From positions 429,226 through 493,225 of the forward strand of contig CAWJIM010000024.1 in assembly GCA_963842945.1 (NCBI GenBank): 64,000 nucleotides of DNA. Reading direction: 5' to 3'. Below are positions 22,762 to 33,902 of this stretch, piece after piece (the stretch's first letter is position 1; the number at the start of each line of letters is the position of its first letter). This DNA comes from an uncultured Gemmatimonadales bacterium (lineage in GTDB: Bacteria > Gemmatimonadota > Gemmatimonadetes > Gemmatimonadales > GWC2-71-9). Position numbers and translations under genes: made by a program. The notes beneath the pieces are model-generated. The model was not told where the DNA came from, searched no databases, and saw nothing but the letters and a program-made list of their open reading frames with translations.

Positions 22762-25165
22762 CTGCGAGTTCACCGGCTGAGAAGGAGACTGCGCGGGCTC
22801 CTGCCCATCGTCGCGGCGATCAGCGCGCTGCAAAGCTGCGACAGTGGCGGTGGGGTGGAGCCGTGCGAAGGGCCTTTCTGCGACCTCGGCCCCGCACGGC
22901 CCCAGCCCACCACAATGGAAGTCTGGCGCGGGAACAATCAGACCGGCGTCCCTGAACGGGAGCTAACCGACACCCTTCAGGTGAAGGTCACCGATAATGC
23001 CGGCCGGCCAGTGCCGGGGGTGACGGTGAGATTCAACGTCGCCACCGGTGGCGGTCGGCTTTCCAGTGACAGCGCGCAGTCCGATACCCTCGGAGTGGCC
23101 GGTGTCCGCTGGGTTCTGGGCGAGCAGCTCGGCGCGCAGACGCTGTCCGCCGAAGCTGTCAATAACGACAACGCTCCGCTGGAACACTCTCCTCTGCAGT
23201 TCTCGGCTGAGGCACAGCCGGCGTCACCTGCCAAGCTGATACTACATGCCGGATTGTCGGAGACGGCACAGAACGGCGTTCCGCTGGAGGGGCAGCCGGT
23301 TCTCGATGTGCTGGACGCCGATGACCAGCCGATCGCGGGGGTGGAGGTAGCCGTCTCTGTCAGCTCAGGAGGCGCCACCGTGAGCGGCAGCGCCACGGCT
23401 ACGTCGGACGGCAACGGGATTGCCAGCTTCAGCGGCCTGGCTCTGACGGGAGCGCAGGGGGCGCAAACCCTTCGCTTTACGGCAGCGGGTGCGGAGACGG
23501 TGTCGGGTCCGATTCAGCTCTCGGCCGGCACACCCGCCAGCATGAGCGGAGTGGAGCCTTTGACCTATGAGGGAACCGTCAATTCCCCCGTGAGCCCGGG
23601 ACCGTCGGTAATGGTCAAGGATGCGGCCGGCAATGTGGTGCCTGGCGTGGAGGTGACATTCACTGCCAACCGGAACTCTTCGGTGTCTCCGGAGGTCGCA
23701 ACTACCAACGAGCAAGGTCTGGCCCAGGTGAGCTGGACGCTGGGCACCACCGCCAACGTTCAGTACACGCTCACTGCCCGAATCGAAGCCTCCCCGGTTT
23801 CGTCGGTTCGATTTACCGCTACAGCGCGGGCCGGCGCCGCCGGCCGGCTGAGAATCTCGACCCAACCATCTTCGCCCACACAGAGCGGGACGCCGTTTGC
23901 GCAGCAGCCGGTGCTGCAAACTGTAGACGAGAACGGAAACCCGACGGCCCAGCCGGGCGTCGCGGTTACGGCCGCGATATCCTCAGGGCCCAGTGGCACG
24001 CTGACAAACCAGACTGCGACCACCGATGCAAACGGCCAGGCTGCCTTCAGCGGGCTGACGGTCACCGGCGTGGCCGGCAACTATACGCTTTCCTTCAGCG
24101 CACCTGGCCTGGGGGGGGTAACCTCGACCCCCTTTGCCATCACAGTTGGCTCCGCGGCACGCCTGGCATTCGTGACCCAGCCCTCCACCGCAGCGCGGAG
24201 CCGTCTGCCCCTGGTCAGTCAGCCGGTGCTCCAGATTCAGGACGCCAGCGGCAATCCTATCGCGCAGGCCGGAGTAATGGTGACCGTCTCGGCGCTACCC
24301 TCGGGGACCACGGTCTCCGGTGAAGCCGTGGCGACCGACGAGAACGGACGTGCCGCGTTCAGCGCGCTGACGCTGCAGGGCATACCCGGACCCAAAGACC
24401 TCACCTTTGCCGCTCCGGGGCTGCAGAGCGCGACGGCGCGAGTGACCCTGCCGAGTGTATCCACCGTGACGGCCGCGCCGAGTCACCCGGCTTCGGCGGT
24501 GGTGGGTAGCACCGTTGCCGGGCCGGTGATCTCCTGGACATTCAGAGATGCCTCAACCCGGCCGGTGGCAGACGCTGATTTTGTCCTGAAGGCGCCGTCT
24601 GGCGGAACCGCACTGCCGGTGACACCCTTCAGCGACATCAATGGGGTGGTGCAGGCAGGCAGTTGGACTCTCGGTCCGACGGCAGGTTATCAGTACCTGC
24701 AACTGGGGCTGCCGGATGGCCGCATTTTCCGGGATAGCATTCTCGCCACACCGGGTCCGGCAACACAGCTGGTGAAGGTCTCTGGAGATGATCCGATACA
24801 GTCGGCGCCGATCAATTCTCGAGCTGCCCGACTTGTTTGTCGTCCGGGTGGTTGATCAGTTCGGCAATGGCGTTGCGAACGTCAGTGTCCAGTGGTCGAC
24901 CTGCGATGGCACCGCGGGCGAGCCGGTGCCGCCGACGGACGCAAATGGGTATTCGAGCACAAGACAGCCTACCGGAACGCAACCTTCCGGCGATCAGCCG
25001 TTCTGCACCATGGCCACGGCTTCGGGGCTGCAGGGTTCACCGGTCCAGTTCCTTTACACGGTCACCGGCAGTGCGGCAGCCACGGGCCAGCTTCGAACAT
25101 CAGCAGTAAGGCACTCGGGACCACCACCGATTGCGCCCGAATCTCGCGCCGCAAGAACCCGCTGA
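22762..25165 (+). CDS. surface lipoprotein with tandem bacterial Ig-like (Big_1/invasin-type) domains (frameshift near 24820)
   Basis: Repeated VxDxxGNPxxGVxVxF..TDxNGxA units; in-frame upstream extension LRVHRLRRRLRGLLPIVAAISALQSC is a lipoprotein signal starting at CTG 22762. Confidence 0.8.
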
Positions 25166-25171
25166 TCCGGA

Positions 25172-25786
25172 GTGAGCGTGACCAGAAGCTCTTCAGGACT
25201 TCTCACGGCACTGACGCTACTCGCCGCGAGCAAGGCAACCGCACAGTCGGCCCAAGCCGTCTCGATCCAGGTTTCAGGGCTGTACAACGTCGTGTTCGGC
25301 AACGTATTCGAGACGCTGAAGAATGGAGTCGGTGGAGAGGCCCAGATTCGGTACACCCCGGGAGCGCTTTCATTCGGACTGGGATTTCAATACACCACTC
25401 ACGATCGCCCACCGGTTCAGCCGAGCGACCCTGAATCCCTGGACTTCAGGCTGTATGGGGGCTTTATCGAGCCGCGTTATCGGATTCACACCGGGAGCAA
25501 CGTGTGGGCTCCCTACGTCTCAGCCCGCTTTTCCCTGCTCAAGGTGGGTTTTTCCGATCCTGACTTTTCGCTCTCATCTTCCTTCATCCAAATCAACGGA
25601 GGTGGCGGCCTGTTGTACCGGCTGTCATCGCGAGTCAATCTCGATATGGGGGCCACCTTCGGGTACAATCAGCTGGGCGATGGAACGCTGGAGAGCAAAT
25701 CGAATAACACCGCCACGCAGGTCGAGTCGAGCTCGGGCACAAACGTGATGGTCCGGGTTGGCTTTGCTTTTGGGATCGGCGGGTAG
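25172..25786 (+). CDS. small outer-membrane beta-barrel protein
   Basis: Signal peptide ending ATA-Q, amphipathic beta strands, terminal VRVGFAFGIGG. Confidence 0.75.
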   Translation: MSVTRSSSGLLTALTLLAASKATAQSAQAVSIQVSGLYNVVFGNVFETLKNGVGGEAQIRYTPGALSFGLGFQYTTHDRPPVQPSDPESLDFRLYGGFIEPRYRIHTGSNVWAPYVSARFSLLKVGFSDPDFSLSSSFIQINGGGGLLYRLSSRVNLDMGATFGYNQLGDGTLESKSNNTATQVESSSGTNVMVRVGFAFGIGG

Positions 25787-25794
25787 GTAGCGGG

Positions 25795-28700
25795 CTAGAG
25801 GTCGGGAGAGCCGATGATCCGGCAGCTGGACAGATTAAGGGTGCTGCCGTCCTTCACGAACTCCACCCGGAACATGGGCCGGCTGGTGAGCCGGCCTCCG
25901 AAGGCGTCCTTCCAGGATAGCCGGAATCCGAATTCCATCGAAGCAGTTGTGCTGCCGATCCGCTGAGCCCCGTCCTCGCGCTCACCCACCTGCGCAGCCC
26001 ACTCGCTGGTACGCAAAATCCGGCTGAGCTTCTTCAGATTGTCCCGGTCGCTCTTGGACTCGGGATGATAGAGGTCTTCCAGCCGGCTGACATCTTTTTG
26101 TGCCACCGCGTTGTAGCACTGGTCCACCCCCTGGCCCATCTGATCGATCACCCGCAGCCGCTCGGCGGCTGGATCACCCGGAGGTGCGTCAGGTGCCGAA
26201 CGTCGCGCCTCCTCGGCAGCGAGCTCGGCACGGCTGGTCCGCGGCTGCGGAAGAACGGTGACTCTCACCTTCCCCGCCTTTCCGTCCACGCTGGCGCTGA
26301 TGTCTGCGCTGCCCGCTGCGACGGCTACGACCACGCCGGAGGAATCGACCGAGGCCACGTCCGGATCGCTGCTGGCCCAGACCGCCGGCTGGCCACTCAA
26401 TTCCACTCCGCGCTGATCGCGCGGGGCTGCCCGGAGATCCAGAGTATCTCCCACCTTGAGCGGGCGGGCCCCACTAACGTCTACCGACGCGACGGGCGCC
26501 GGAGCCACGGACACCGATGAGATTGCCGATTCGCCGCCGCTTCGGGCAATGATGAGCGTACCACCCGGCGCGCGAGCCCGAATCAGCCCGGAGCTCTGAT
26601 CGACCGAGGCGACCGACGGATCGCTGGAGCTCCAGGTTGCCCTTACGCCGGGTATCGGTTTGCCGCGCTCATCCTGGCCGGAGAGCGCCAGCGTCAGCGT
26701 GTCGCCCACCCGAAGGGGAGAGGGAGAGGCGATGGAGAGCGAGGCCAGCTGGGGCAACACCGCGGCGCGCGGAGCCGAACGCACCACAATTCGGGCGCTG
26801 TCCCTCCAGGCTCCAGCGGCGGCAACGACCTGGGCCCGGCCGGGAGCCAGCGCCTGCACCAATCCGGAGGAGTCCACCGTGAGCACCGTGGTATCGGTCG
26901 CGCTCCAGGAGATCCGCTCCGGGTCCACCATCCTGCCGCTGGCATCGCGCGATTCGGCAGCAAGGGGGCTCGACATCCCAACCCTGAGCGGACCGGACGG
27001 CCGCCGAGTGATCGTGACCGAGACCGGCGCGCCGGTGTCCACCACCGCGGAATCGGCCGGCTTGCTGGTGGAAGCGATGGCATAACCAGCCGAGCCTAGC
27101 CCGGCCTCGTCCGTAGGTGCCGAGTCACGCAGGGCAATGGTCGTCTCCGGAACGGCCGGCGGTTCTGACTGACCGCGTCCCCCAACCAGCCAGAAGCCAC
27201 CTGCCACCAGGAACGCGCCTCCGGCGGCTACCAGCCATCCTGATCGACTGCGCGAGCGCCTGGGCTCCGGGCTACGCGGCTCGGGCGGCAGCTCCCAGGG
27301 GATCGGATCAGGCCGGGGCCGGGAAACGATGGGCTCGGGAACCCGCTCCAGGACGTTGACGCTGATGGAGGAGCTAACGCCTTCGCACACGGCGGTCAGC
27401 ATGATATGACCGGGATTCCGGGTAATCACCCAGCCTCCCGCCGTTACCACCGCAATGTTCACATCACTGACGCTCCAGGCCACGCTCCTGTCGGTGAGCG
27501 CGCCGGCCCACCGGTCGAGCGGCGTGGCCGTGAGCGCAAAAGAATCGCCCGCTACAACAGACTCCGGCGCCGCCGAGATGTGCACCGCCGCCACCCTCGG
27601 AGGCAGAACGGTCACTCCGACATTGGCCCGAGCGTCGTCGAGCTCAGCAATGATGCGCGCGGACCCGGCGGAGCGCGCCGTCAGAACGCCATCAAGACTG
27701 ACGGTGGCTACGGCGTCGTCCTCGGATCGCCAGGTTACCGGCTCGCCAACCGCTCGTCCCCGCTTGTCGCGAGGGGTCGCCTCCAGCCGGATCTCGTCGC
27801 CCACGGTTATCGCCTTCTCGACCGCCTTTACGACGATGGAATCGGCCCGGGGCGGCGCCACGGTGACCCGCAGCCGCCCTTCCTGGCCATCGCAGATGGC
27901 GCGAATGAGGGCGGTGCCGTTAGTGACGGCAGTCGCCACCGCCTTGGCGGAGTTGACCCGGAGGACGCCGGGTGAGTCGCTGCTCCATTGCACCGGACTG
28001 GTGGGCAATCGGGCGGCCTGGCCATCGTGCACCCGCGCCACCAGCAGGAAACTGTCACCTACTTCGAGGCCGGCCGGCGGGGGCAGAATGCTGACCGCCC
28101 GCATCATCCCCGGTGGAGTAATCTGGAGCACTGCCGAGGACTTGCCGCCAGCCACCCGAGAGCCATTGCGCGAACCCCCGAACGAGGTGCGCGCCCCGGC
28201 CATGGCGAACCGGCTCAGCTCGGCACGCAGTGGATCATCCTCCGGCAGGGCCGCGGCGCCGAGGGCGGTCAGCGCCTGCGTCATGCTGGGCCAGCGCTCC
28301 TCCGGATTCTTGGCCAGCATCCGCAGAATCGCGCTCTCCAGCTCGGGCGGACAATCTCCAAGCTCGCGCAGAGGGCGGGGTGGTTGCTCCACGTGCGCCT
28401 GGATGACTGAATACGTGGACCCGGTGAACGGTGGTACGCCGGTGATCATCTCATAGGCCACCACACCCAGGGAGTACTGGTCCGAGGCGCCCGACACTTC
28501 ACCGCCGGCGCACTGCTCCGGACTCATATAGGCGGGCGTCCCTACCATGAAGCCGGTATGGGTGTGACTTGGCCCCTCGGCGGCCTTGGCAATGCCGAAG
28601 TCGGTGACCACCGCGTTGCCATCCTCGTCGACCAGGATGTTCGCCGGTTTGATGTCTCGATGCACCACCTTGAAGCGGTGAGCGTAAGCCAGAGCCGAGC

Positions 28701-29298
28701 CGACATGGTAGAGAATGGACCGGGCGGTGGCCAGCGGCAGCCTGCCGGCATCCTTGAGGACCTGCTCCAGCGAGCGCCCCTGGATGCAGCGCATGACGAA
28801 GAAGTGGAGGCCTTCGGCTGCCCGCACCGAATAGACCGAGACGATGTTGGGATGGTTGAGATGCGCGATGGTGATCGCTTCACGGCGGAAGCGGTCGATC
28901 ATACCGTCGCCCATCAGCAGCCCGGGCGACATCACCTTGATCGCCACATCGCGATGCAGCGACAGCTCATGGGCCAGGAATACCGCGGCCATGCCGCCCC
29001 GTCCCAGCTCGTGGCCGATCTCGAACTCGCCCAGGGTAGCCCGCCGGAGCCGGGCTATCACCTCAGCCCAGGGGGAATCGTCTTCGGTCAGCGCGCCTGA
29101 AATGGAGTGAGAGTCGGGCCGGGGAATGCCCGGAGTGCCGCATTTGGGGCAGATCTCGTCGCTCTGAAGCAGGAACTCGCCGCAGCTCGCGCACCACAAG
29201 AGCTCCGCTCCGCACTGCGCGCAGAAGCGGTCGTCCGGCCCGAGCGGGCCACTGCACTGCAGACAGGCGATGGGCGCGGTCATGCTGCCGGGAGACAT
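25795..29298 (-). CDS. Hanks-type Ser/Thr kinase with double zinc ribbon, Big_2 repeats and one TM helix
   Basis: four CxxC; LGRGGMAAV, VAIK, HRDIKPAN, DFG, GTPAYMSPE; WSSSDPxVAxV repeats; TM WLVAAGGAFLVAGGFWLV. Confidence 0.92.
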   Translation of the reverse strand: MSPGSMTAPIACLQCSGPLGPDDRFCAQCGAELLWCASCGEFLLQSDEICPKCGTPGIPRPDSHSISGALTEDDSPWAEVIARLRRATLGEFEIGHELGRGGMAAVFLAHELSLHRDVAIKVMSPGLLMGDGMIDRFRREAITIAHLNHPNIVSVYSVRAAEGLHFFVMRCIQGRSLEQVLKDAGRLPLATARSILYHVGSALAYAHRFKVVHRDIKPANILVDEDGNAVVTDFGIAKAAEGPSHTHTGFMVGTPAYMSPEQCAGGEVSGASDQYSLGVVAYEMITGVPPFTGSTYSVIQAHVEQPPRPLRELGDCPPELESAILRMLAKNPEERWPSMTQALTALGAAALPEDDPLRAELSRFAMAGARTSFGGSRNGSRVAGGKSSAVLQITPPGMMRAVSILPPPAGLEVGDSFLLVARVHDGQAARLPTSPVQWSSDSPGVLRVNSAKAVATAVTNGTALIRAICDGQEGRLRVTVAPPRADSIVVKAVEKAITVGDEIRLEATPRDKRGRAVGEPVTWRSEDDAVATVSLDGVLTARSAGSARIIAELDDARANVGVTVLPPRVAAVHISAAPESVVAGDSFALTATPLDRWAGALTDRSVAWSVSDVNIAVVTAGGWVITRNPGHIMLTAVCEGVSSSISVNVLERVPEPIVSRPRPDPIPWELPPEPRSPEPRRSRSRSGWLVAAGGAFLVAGGFWLVGGRGQSEPPAVPETTIALRDSAPTDEAGLGSAGYAIASTSKPADSAVVDTGAPVSVTITRRPSGPLRVGMSSPLAAESRDASGRMVDPERISWSATDTTVLTVDSSGLVQALAPGRAQVVAAAGAWRDSARIVVRSAPRAAVLPQLASLSIASPSPLRVGDTLTLALSGQDERGKPIPGVRATWSSSDPSVASVDQSSGLIRARAPGGTLIIARSGGESAISSVSVAPAPVASVDVSGARPLKVGDTLDLRAAPRDQRGVELSGQPAVWASSDPDVASVDSSGVVVAVAAGSADISASVDGKAGKVRVTVLPQPRTSRAELAAEEARRSAPDAPPGDPAAERLRVIDQMGQGVDQCYNAVAQKDVSRLEDLYHPESKSDRDNLKKLSRILRTSEWAAQVGEREDGAQRIGSTTASMEFGFRLSWKDAFGGRLTSRPMFRVEFVKDGSTLNLSSCRIIGSPDL

Positions 29299-29496
29299 CC
29301 GTTAGGGGGGAATCGCTCAATATTGAAGGCCGGTCGAGAAGAGCGCAAACTGGCTCCTAGTCTAGGTCGAGCGCAGACGCCGGGCAGCGGGGTCTCCCGC
29401 CGCCCAAATCCCAGTCGAACGCCGCCAGATACGATTCTCAAAGCTAATGGTCCTGCCCGAACAGGTCTACGTAACTCTATGCCTGGCATTTAGATC

Positions 29497-29512
29497 TGTG
29501 AGGAGGATCACG
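29497..29512. promoter_or_regulatory. CRP/FNR-like box
   Basis: TGTGA-ggagga-TCACG upstream of the VOC gene. Confidence 0.5.
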
Positions 29513-29568
29513 CACCTACCGTACCCTGCCCCGGGGAGCCAAATTGGTGACGTCCGACCAGGAGGAAT

Positions 29569-29994
29569 ATGACGACTATGGCCACCAAGCCTGCAGCCCG
29601 GCAGCAGCCGGAGTCGCTCCGACTCCGCTCGATCACGCCCAGCTTTACCGTCAACGACATCGACCGCAGCGTGCAGTGGTATTGCCAGGGACTCGGTTTC
29701 TATCTGGCCGAGCGCTGGGAGGACGCCGGGAAGCTCAAGGGAGCCATGCTCAAGGCAGGGGCCTGCGAGCTCGGGCTTACCCAGGACGATTTCAGCCGGG
29801 GACGCGACCGGCCCAAGGGCGTCGGCTTCCGGATCTGGTGCGAGACCACCCAGGACGTCGACGCGATCGCCAAACGGCTGCGAGATTTTGGCGGGACCAT
29901 TACGGAGGAGCCGGGTAATCACTGGGACAACTACAGCTTCACGGCCCAGGATCCGGACGGATTCAAGCTGACGATAATTCGGGCGAAAAGCTGA
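29569..29994 (+). CDS. VOC/glyoxalase family protein
   Basis: FTVNDIDRSVQWY..GLGF, QDPDGFKL; AGGAGG RBS. Confidence 0.85.
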   Translation: MTTMATKPAARQQPESLRLRSITPSFTVNDIDRSVQWYCQGLGFYLAERWEDAGKLKGAMLKAGACELGLTQDDFSRGRDRPKGVGFRIWCETTQDVDAIAKRLRDFGGTITEEPGNHWDNYSFTAQDPDGFKLTIIRAKS

Positions 29995-31555
29995 GCTTCT
30001 GGCGCAGTATCTCCATGGCGGCGTTGCGGCCATTGATCCCGATTACGCTCCCGCCCGGGTAGGTCCCTGCTCCGCAGAGAAAAACGCCGGTCATCGGCGT
30101 GCCCGGCGTCAGTCGCCGGTCCCACATGTAGGCCGGCAGACACTCGCCCTGGAAAATGTGCCCTCCAGTAAGACCGGTCCGCCGCTCGATGTCCGGCGGA
30201 CCCATGACCTCCAGTTGCAACACAGCCTCCGGAATGTTGCTGCAGAACCGGCCGATCGATTCCAGCGCCACCCGAGCAACGTCCTCCCGCCGGCTGTCCC
30301 AGCTTCCCGTGCTGAACCGGTAGGGAACCGGCTGGGCAAAGATGCTCATGATGTGTTGGCCGTCGGGGGTCACGCTCGGATCGTGCGAGCTCTGGAAGTA
30401 CAGCTCGGTCCAGAGCCGGGGAGGCAGCTCGCCGGCCTGGGCGGCCTGATAGTGCGCCCGCCATTCGGCTTTGCTGAGCGGGGTGTTGACCTGGCCGAAA
30501 TGATGCGGCTCCAGCGTGCCCGGGCCGGGCCGTGAAGTTCGGTAGCTCGCTGGAGGGCCACGGTGATCTTGACCGTGCAGCCGGTCATCGGGATACTGCT
30601 CTACCTGCGCCCGCCATCGCCGGATCGGCCGCATCACCCAGCAGCCGGAGCGTGGTGCGGGGGTCCGCGTTGGAGACGACGACCGGAGCCTGCAGGCGCT
30701 CTCCACCTTCCAGCTCGACCCCCTCTCCGGGCAGAATCCGGCGCACCGGCGCTCCCGCCGTCACCTGGACACCCAGCCTCCCGGGCAACGTCCGCCAGGA
30801 TGAACGAGACCCGGCCCATCCCGCCCTTGATATAGCCCCACATGCCGGGCATTCCGCCCATTCGGCCCGAGGCATGGTGGAAGTGGATTGACGCGGTTCC
30901 CGGTTCGTGCGGGCTGGCATTGGTGCCGATCACGCCCTGCCCCAGCAGCGACTGCTGCAGCCGCTCATCCTCGAGGTAGCGCTCGACGAACTCCACCATG
31001 GACCACTCGAAGAGCAGCCCGATGGCCTCCGGGTCGTGACCGAGGCGGGACTCGATTGCCTCCCGGCTGGGTGCGGGCCCGATCCACAGGTCGGCCGGAC
31101 CGGGGGGGCGGAGCGCGTCGCGCACCCGCGCTTTCAAGGCGGACATCGCCCGCCACCCGACGAGATCCTTCGGGGCAAAGCGGCGGATCTCCGCCTCCAG
31201 CCGATCATCGTCTCCCCAGAGCTGCACGCTGCTGCCGTCCTCGAAGGGCACGAACAGTCCTGGCATGGCCGGATGCCACTCCAGCCCTCGGCGGACCAGC
31301 TCCAGCTCCTCGATGACCAGCGGATGGAGCAGCCCACATACATAGGCGCAGGGCGAGACCCGGTAGCCGGGCCAGGTCTCCTCCAGCGTGCAGGCGCCGC
31401 CCAATCCGGTTCCGGCTCTCCAGCACCAGCACCCGGCGGCCGGCCCGGGCGAGGTACGCGGCGCAGGTGAGACCGTTATGGCCGGCGCCGACCACGATGG
31501 CATCCCAGGTCCTGGCGGCCAGCTGCTTGATCGATGAGGATGGAAGGATGGTCAC
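29963..31555 (-). CDS. phytoene dehydrogenase-like NAD(P)/FAD oxidoreductase (several frameshifts)
   Basis: VGAGHNGLTCAAYLA..VLVLE; GGMGRVS; GLTGGHIFQ; LCGAGTYPGGSVIGING. Confidence 0.85.
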
Positions 31556-31585
31556 GTAGTAGAGGATAGCTCAGTTTTACGCCAT

Positions 31586-31617
31586 GAAAAAACCCCGCAC
31601 GGTTGTGCGGGGTCTCT
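31586..31617 (-). terminator. rho-independent terminator after TonB receptor
   Basis: A6 followed by ccccgcac-ggtt-gtgcgggg, giving hairpin plus U-tract on minus strand. Confidence 0.75.
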
Positions 31618-31634
31618 CAATGCGAAGATGATGC

Positions 31635-33750
31635 TCAGAACCCGGTGGTAACGGCAACCCGGAAGGAGCGTGGCGAGCCCGGGCTGATGTTGTCGTTGCT
31701 GTTCGCGGTCCCGTAGTACTGCTGGTCGAAGACGTTCTCCAGATTCGCCTGGACCCGGAGGTGCCGGCTCATGGTATAGTAAGCCGCCGCGTCGAACCGG
31801 GTAAAGCTGGGCAGCGTCACCGCATTGTCGATGGCGGCGTACATGTCATCCTGGTAGACCACGCCCAACCCGAAGCCCAGCGCATGGGTGGCCTGATAGC
31901 GGTTCCACAGGGAGACTGTGTTCCGGGGTACCAGGGCAACCCTGGCTCCTTCCGCCGCTGCCACCGTACGGCTGGTGACCTTGGCATCCTGATTGGCATA
32001 GCCGCCGATGATCTGCCATTCGGGCGTCATCGTGCCGGTCAGGCTGAATTCGAAACCCCTGGTCCGCTGGCTGCCGGTCTGAACCGTTCGGCTGGGATCG
32101 GCTGGATCCGGCGCCGTGGTGTTGGTCCGATCCAGGCGATAGACCGCGCTCGCAAGCGAAAGCCGGTCGAATACGTCCCATTTGGCCCCGATCTCGTAGT
32201 TCTTGAACTTCTCGGGCTCCAGGGTCGCGCTGGTCACCGTCATCGAGGAGAACTGATCCCCCGAGCTGGGGAGGGCCGAGACACTGTAGCTGGAGTACAG
32301 GCTGACGGTCTCGACCGGCTTGAACAGCAAGGCGGCCCGGGGTGATACCAGATCGTCGGTGCGGCTCAGCGCGTCGTTGGTGCGGTGGTTGTAGAAGTCC
32401 ACATCGAAGTGCTCATAGCGCGCTCCAACGATCGCCTGCCACTGCTCCGACAGCACGATCTGGCTTTGTCCGTAGAACGACAGCGACGTGGCGCGTGGAA
32501 TGGTTATCGGCGTCGGTTGCGCTTTGACGGAACGAGACCGGAACCGCGATGGTCGGATTGGATACCGGGGCGATGAACGCCGTCGTCGAATCGTTGAAGT
32601 AGCCGGTATTGCGGAAGTTGTCGGTGATCTGCCGGCCGATGGAAAAGCCGCCGAGCAGCGTCTGGCTGATCGACCCGGTCACCAGGCGATAGCTGATTTC
32701 CGACTCGTTGAACAGGTTGCGCCGCTCGGTCGCGTTGTTGTAGGCCAGGATATTGACCTCGGTGCCCGCCGGGGTCACCGCGCCGGGATACACGTTCTGG
32801 TAGATCTTGTCGTAATCGGCAAAGAGGCTTCGGTTCCGCAGGGTGACCAGGCCTCCGGTGGTGTGCTCGATACTGGCGGTCCCGATGTTGACTAGCGCAT
32901 CGGCGTAGCTGACCGAGGGATCGCCGAAGAAGGTGCGGGGCGTGGTGGTCGACAGCGGCGCTCCGCCAAAGGACGGAATCCCCCGGTCGGCGGTGCGATA
33001 GTCCTTGAAATGCTCGTAGCTCGCCAAGCACCCGGGTCTGGGGCGAGAGCTGGATGGTGGCGGTGGGATTGAGGCCATAGCGCTCGATGTTGACCTCGTT
33101 GCGGTAGACATCGGAGTTCTCGTAGACCCCATTGATTCGAAGCGCCACGGCTTCGGAGATCCCCTGCCCCACGTCCACTGCGGTGCGCCGGTTGCCGTAG
33201 GAGCCGCCCTGCAGCGACAGCTCGCGAATCGGGGTCCAGTCCGCCACCTTCGTCACCCGGTTGAGCACCCCGCCTCCGACTCCCCGGCCGAAGATCAGCG
33301 CGTTGGCGCCCTTCAGCGCCTCGACCCGCTCGACGTTGTACAGATCGCGGAAGTACTGGATGTCGTCCCGCATTCCGTTGACGAAGAACCCGGCCGTGGT
33401 GTTGTTGCCGCGGATCGTAGGCTGATCGCGGTTGCCCTCCCCTTGCCCCATGGTGATGCCGGGGATGTACCGGGTCACGTCGCCCATGCTCTGCATCCGC
33501 TGGTCGGCGATCACATTCCGAGTAATGGCGGTGACCGACTGAGGTACGTCGCGAAGCGGGGTGTTGGTCTTGGTAGCGGTGGAGCTCCGCCGCGTGAAGT
33601 AGGCCGGGCCGGGCCGCGCCCTTCACCTCGATGGTTGGGAGGGACAGTGGCGTGGTGTCCCGCTGACGTCGACTTGGTTGAGTCACCCTGGGCCCGGGCG
33701 AGCGATGGCAGGCAGGCCAGCAGGAGGATGGGGGCGAGATGCCGCGGCAC
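31635..33750 (-). CDS. TonB-dependent siderophore receptor, Fiu-like (frameshifts near 33610, 33030, 32490)
   Basis: TATKTNTPLRDVPQSV, GEGNRDQ, ERVEALKGANALIFGRG plug; LEPE; NLENVFD; terminal Phe. Confidence 0.9.
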
Positions 33751-33765
33751 GGTGATTCCCTATTG

Positions 33766-33780
33766 TGAGAATGATTCTCA
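33766..33780. promoter_or_regulatory. Fur box
   Basis: perfect 7-1-7 palindrome TGAGAAT-G-ATTCTCA 16 bp upstream of the receptor start. Confidence 0.8.
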
Positions 33781-33902
33781 AGTAGTCTTCGGCGTGCGCT
33801 CCATCCTAAAAGCCAAAGGGGACTGCGTCAATAGGAATTTGATCTGTCAGTTGTGCCAGTTGCCGCTGATGCCGGGCGATAGGACCATGAGAGCACGCCC
33901 TC

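Noticed and set aside
29963..31555. crtI carotenoid gene
   Set aside because: No other crt genes nearby; motifs fit the broader phytoene dehydrogenase-like family
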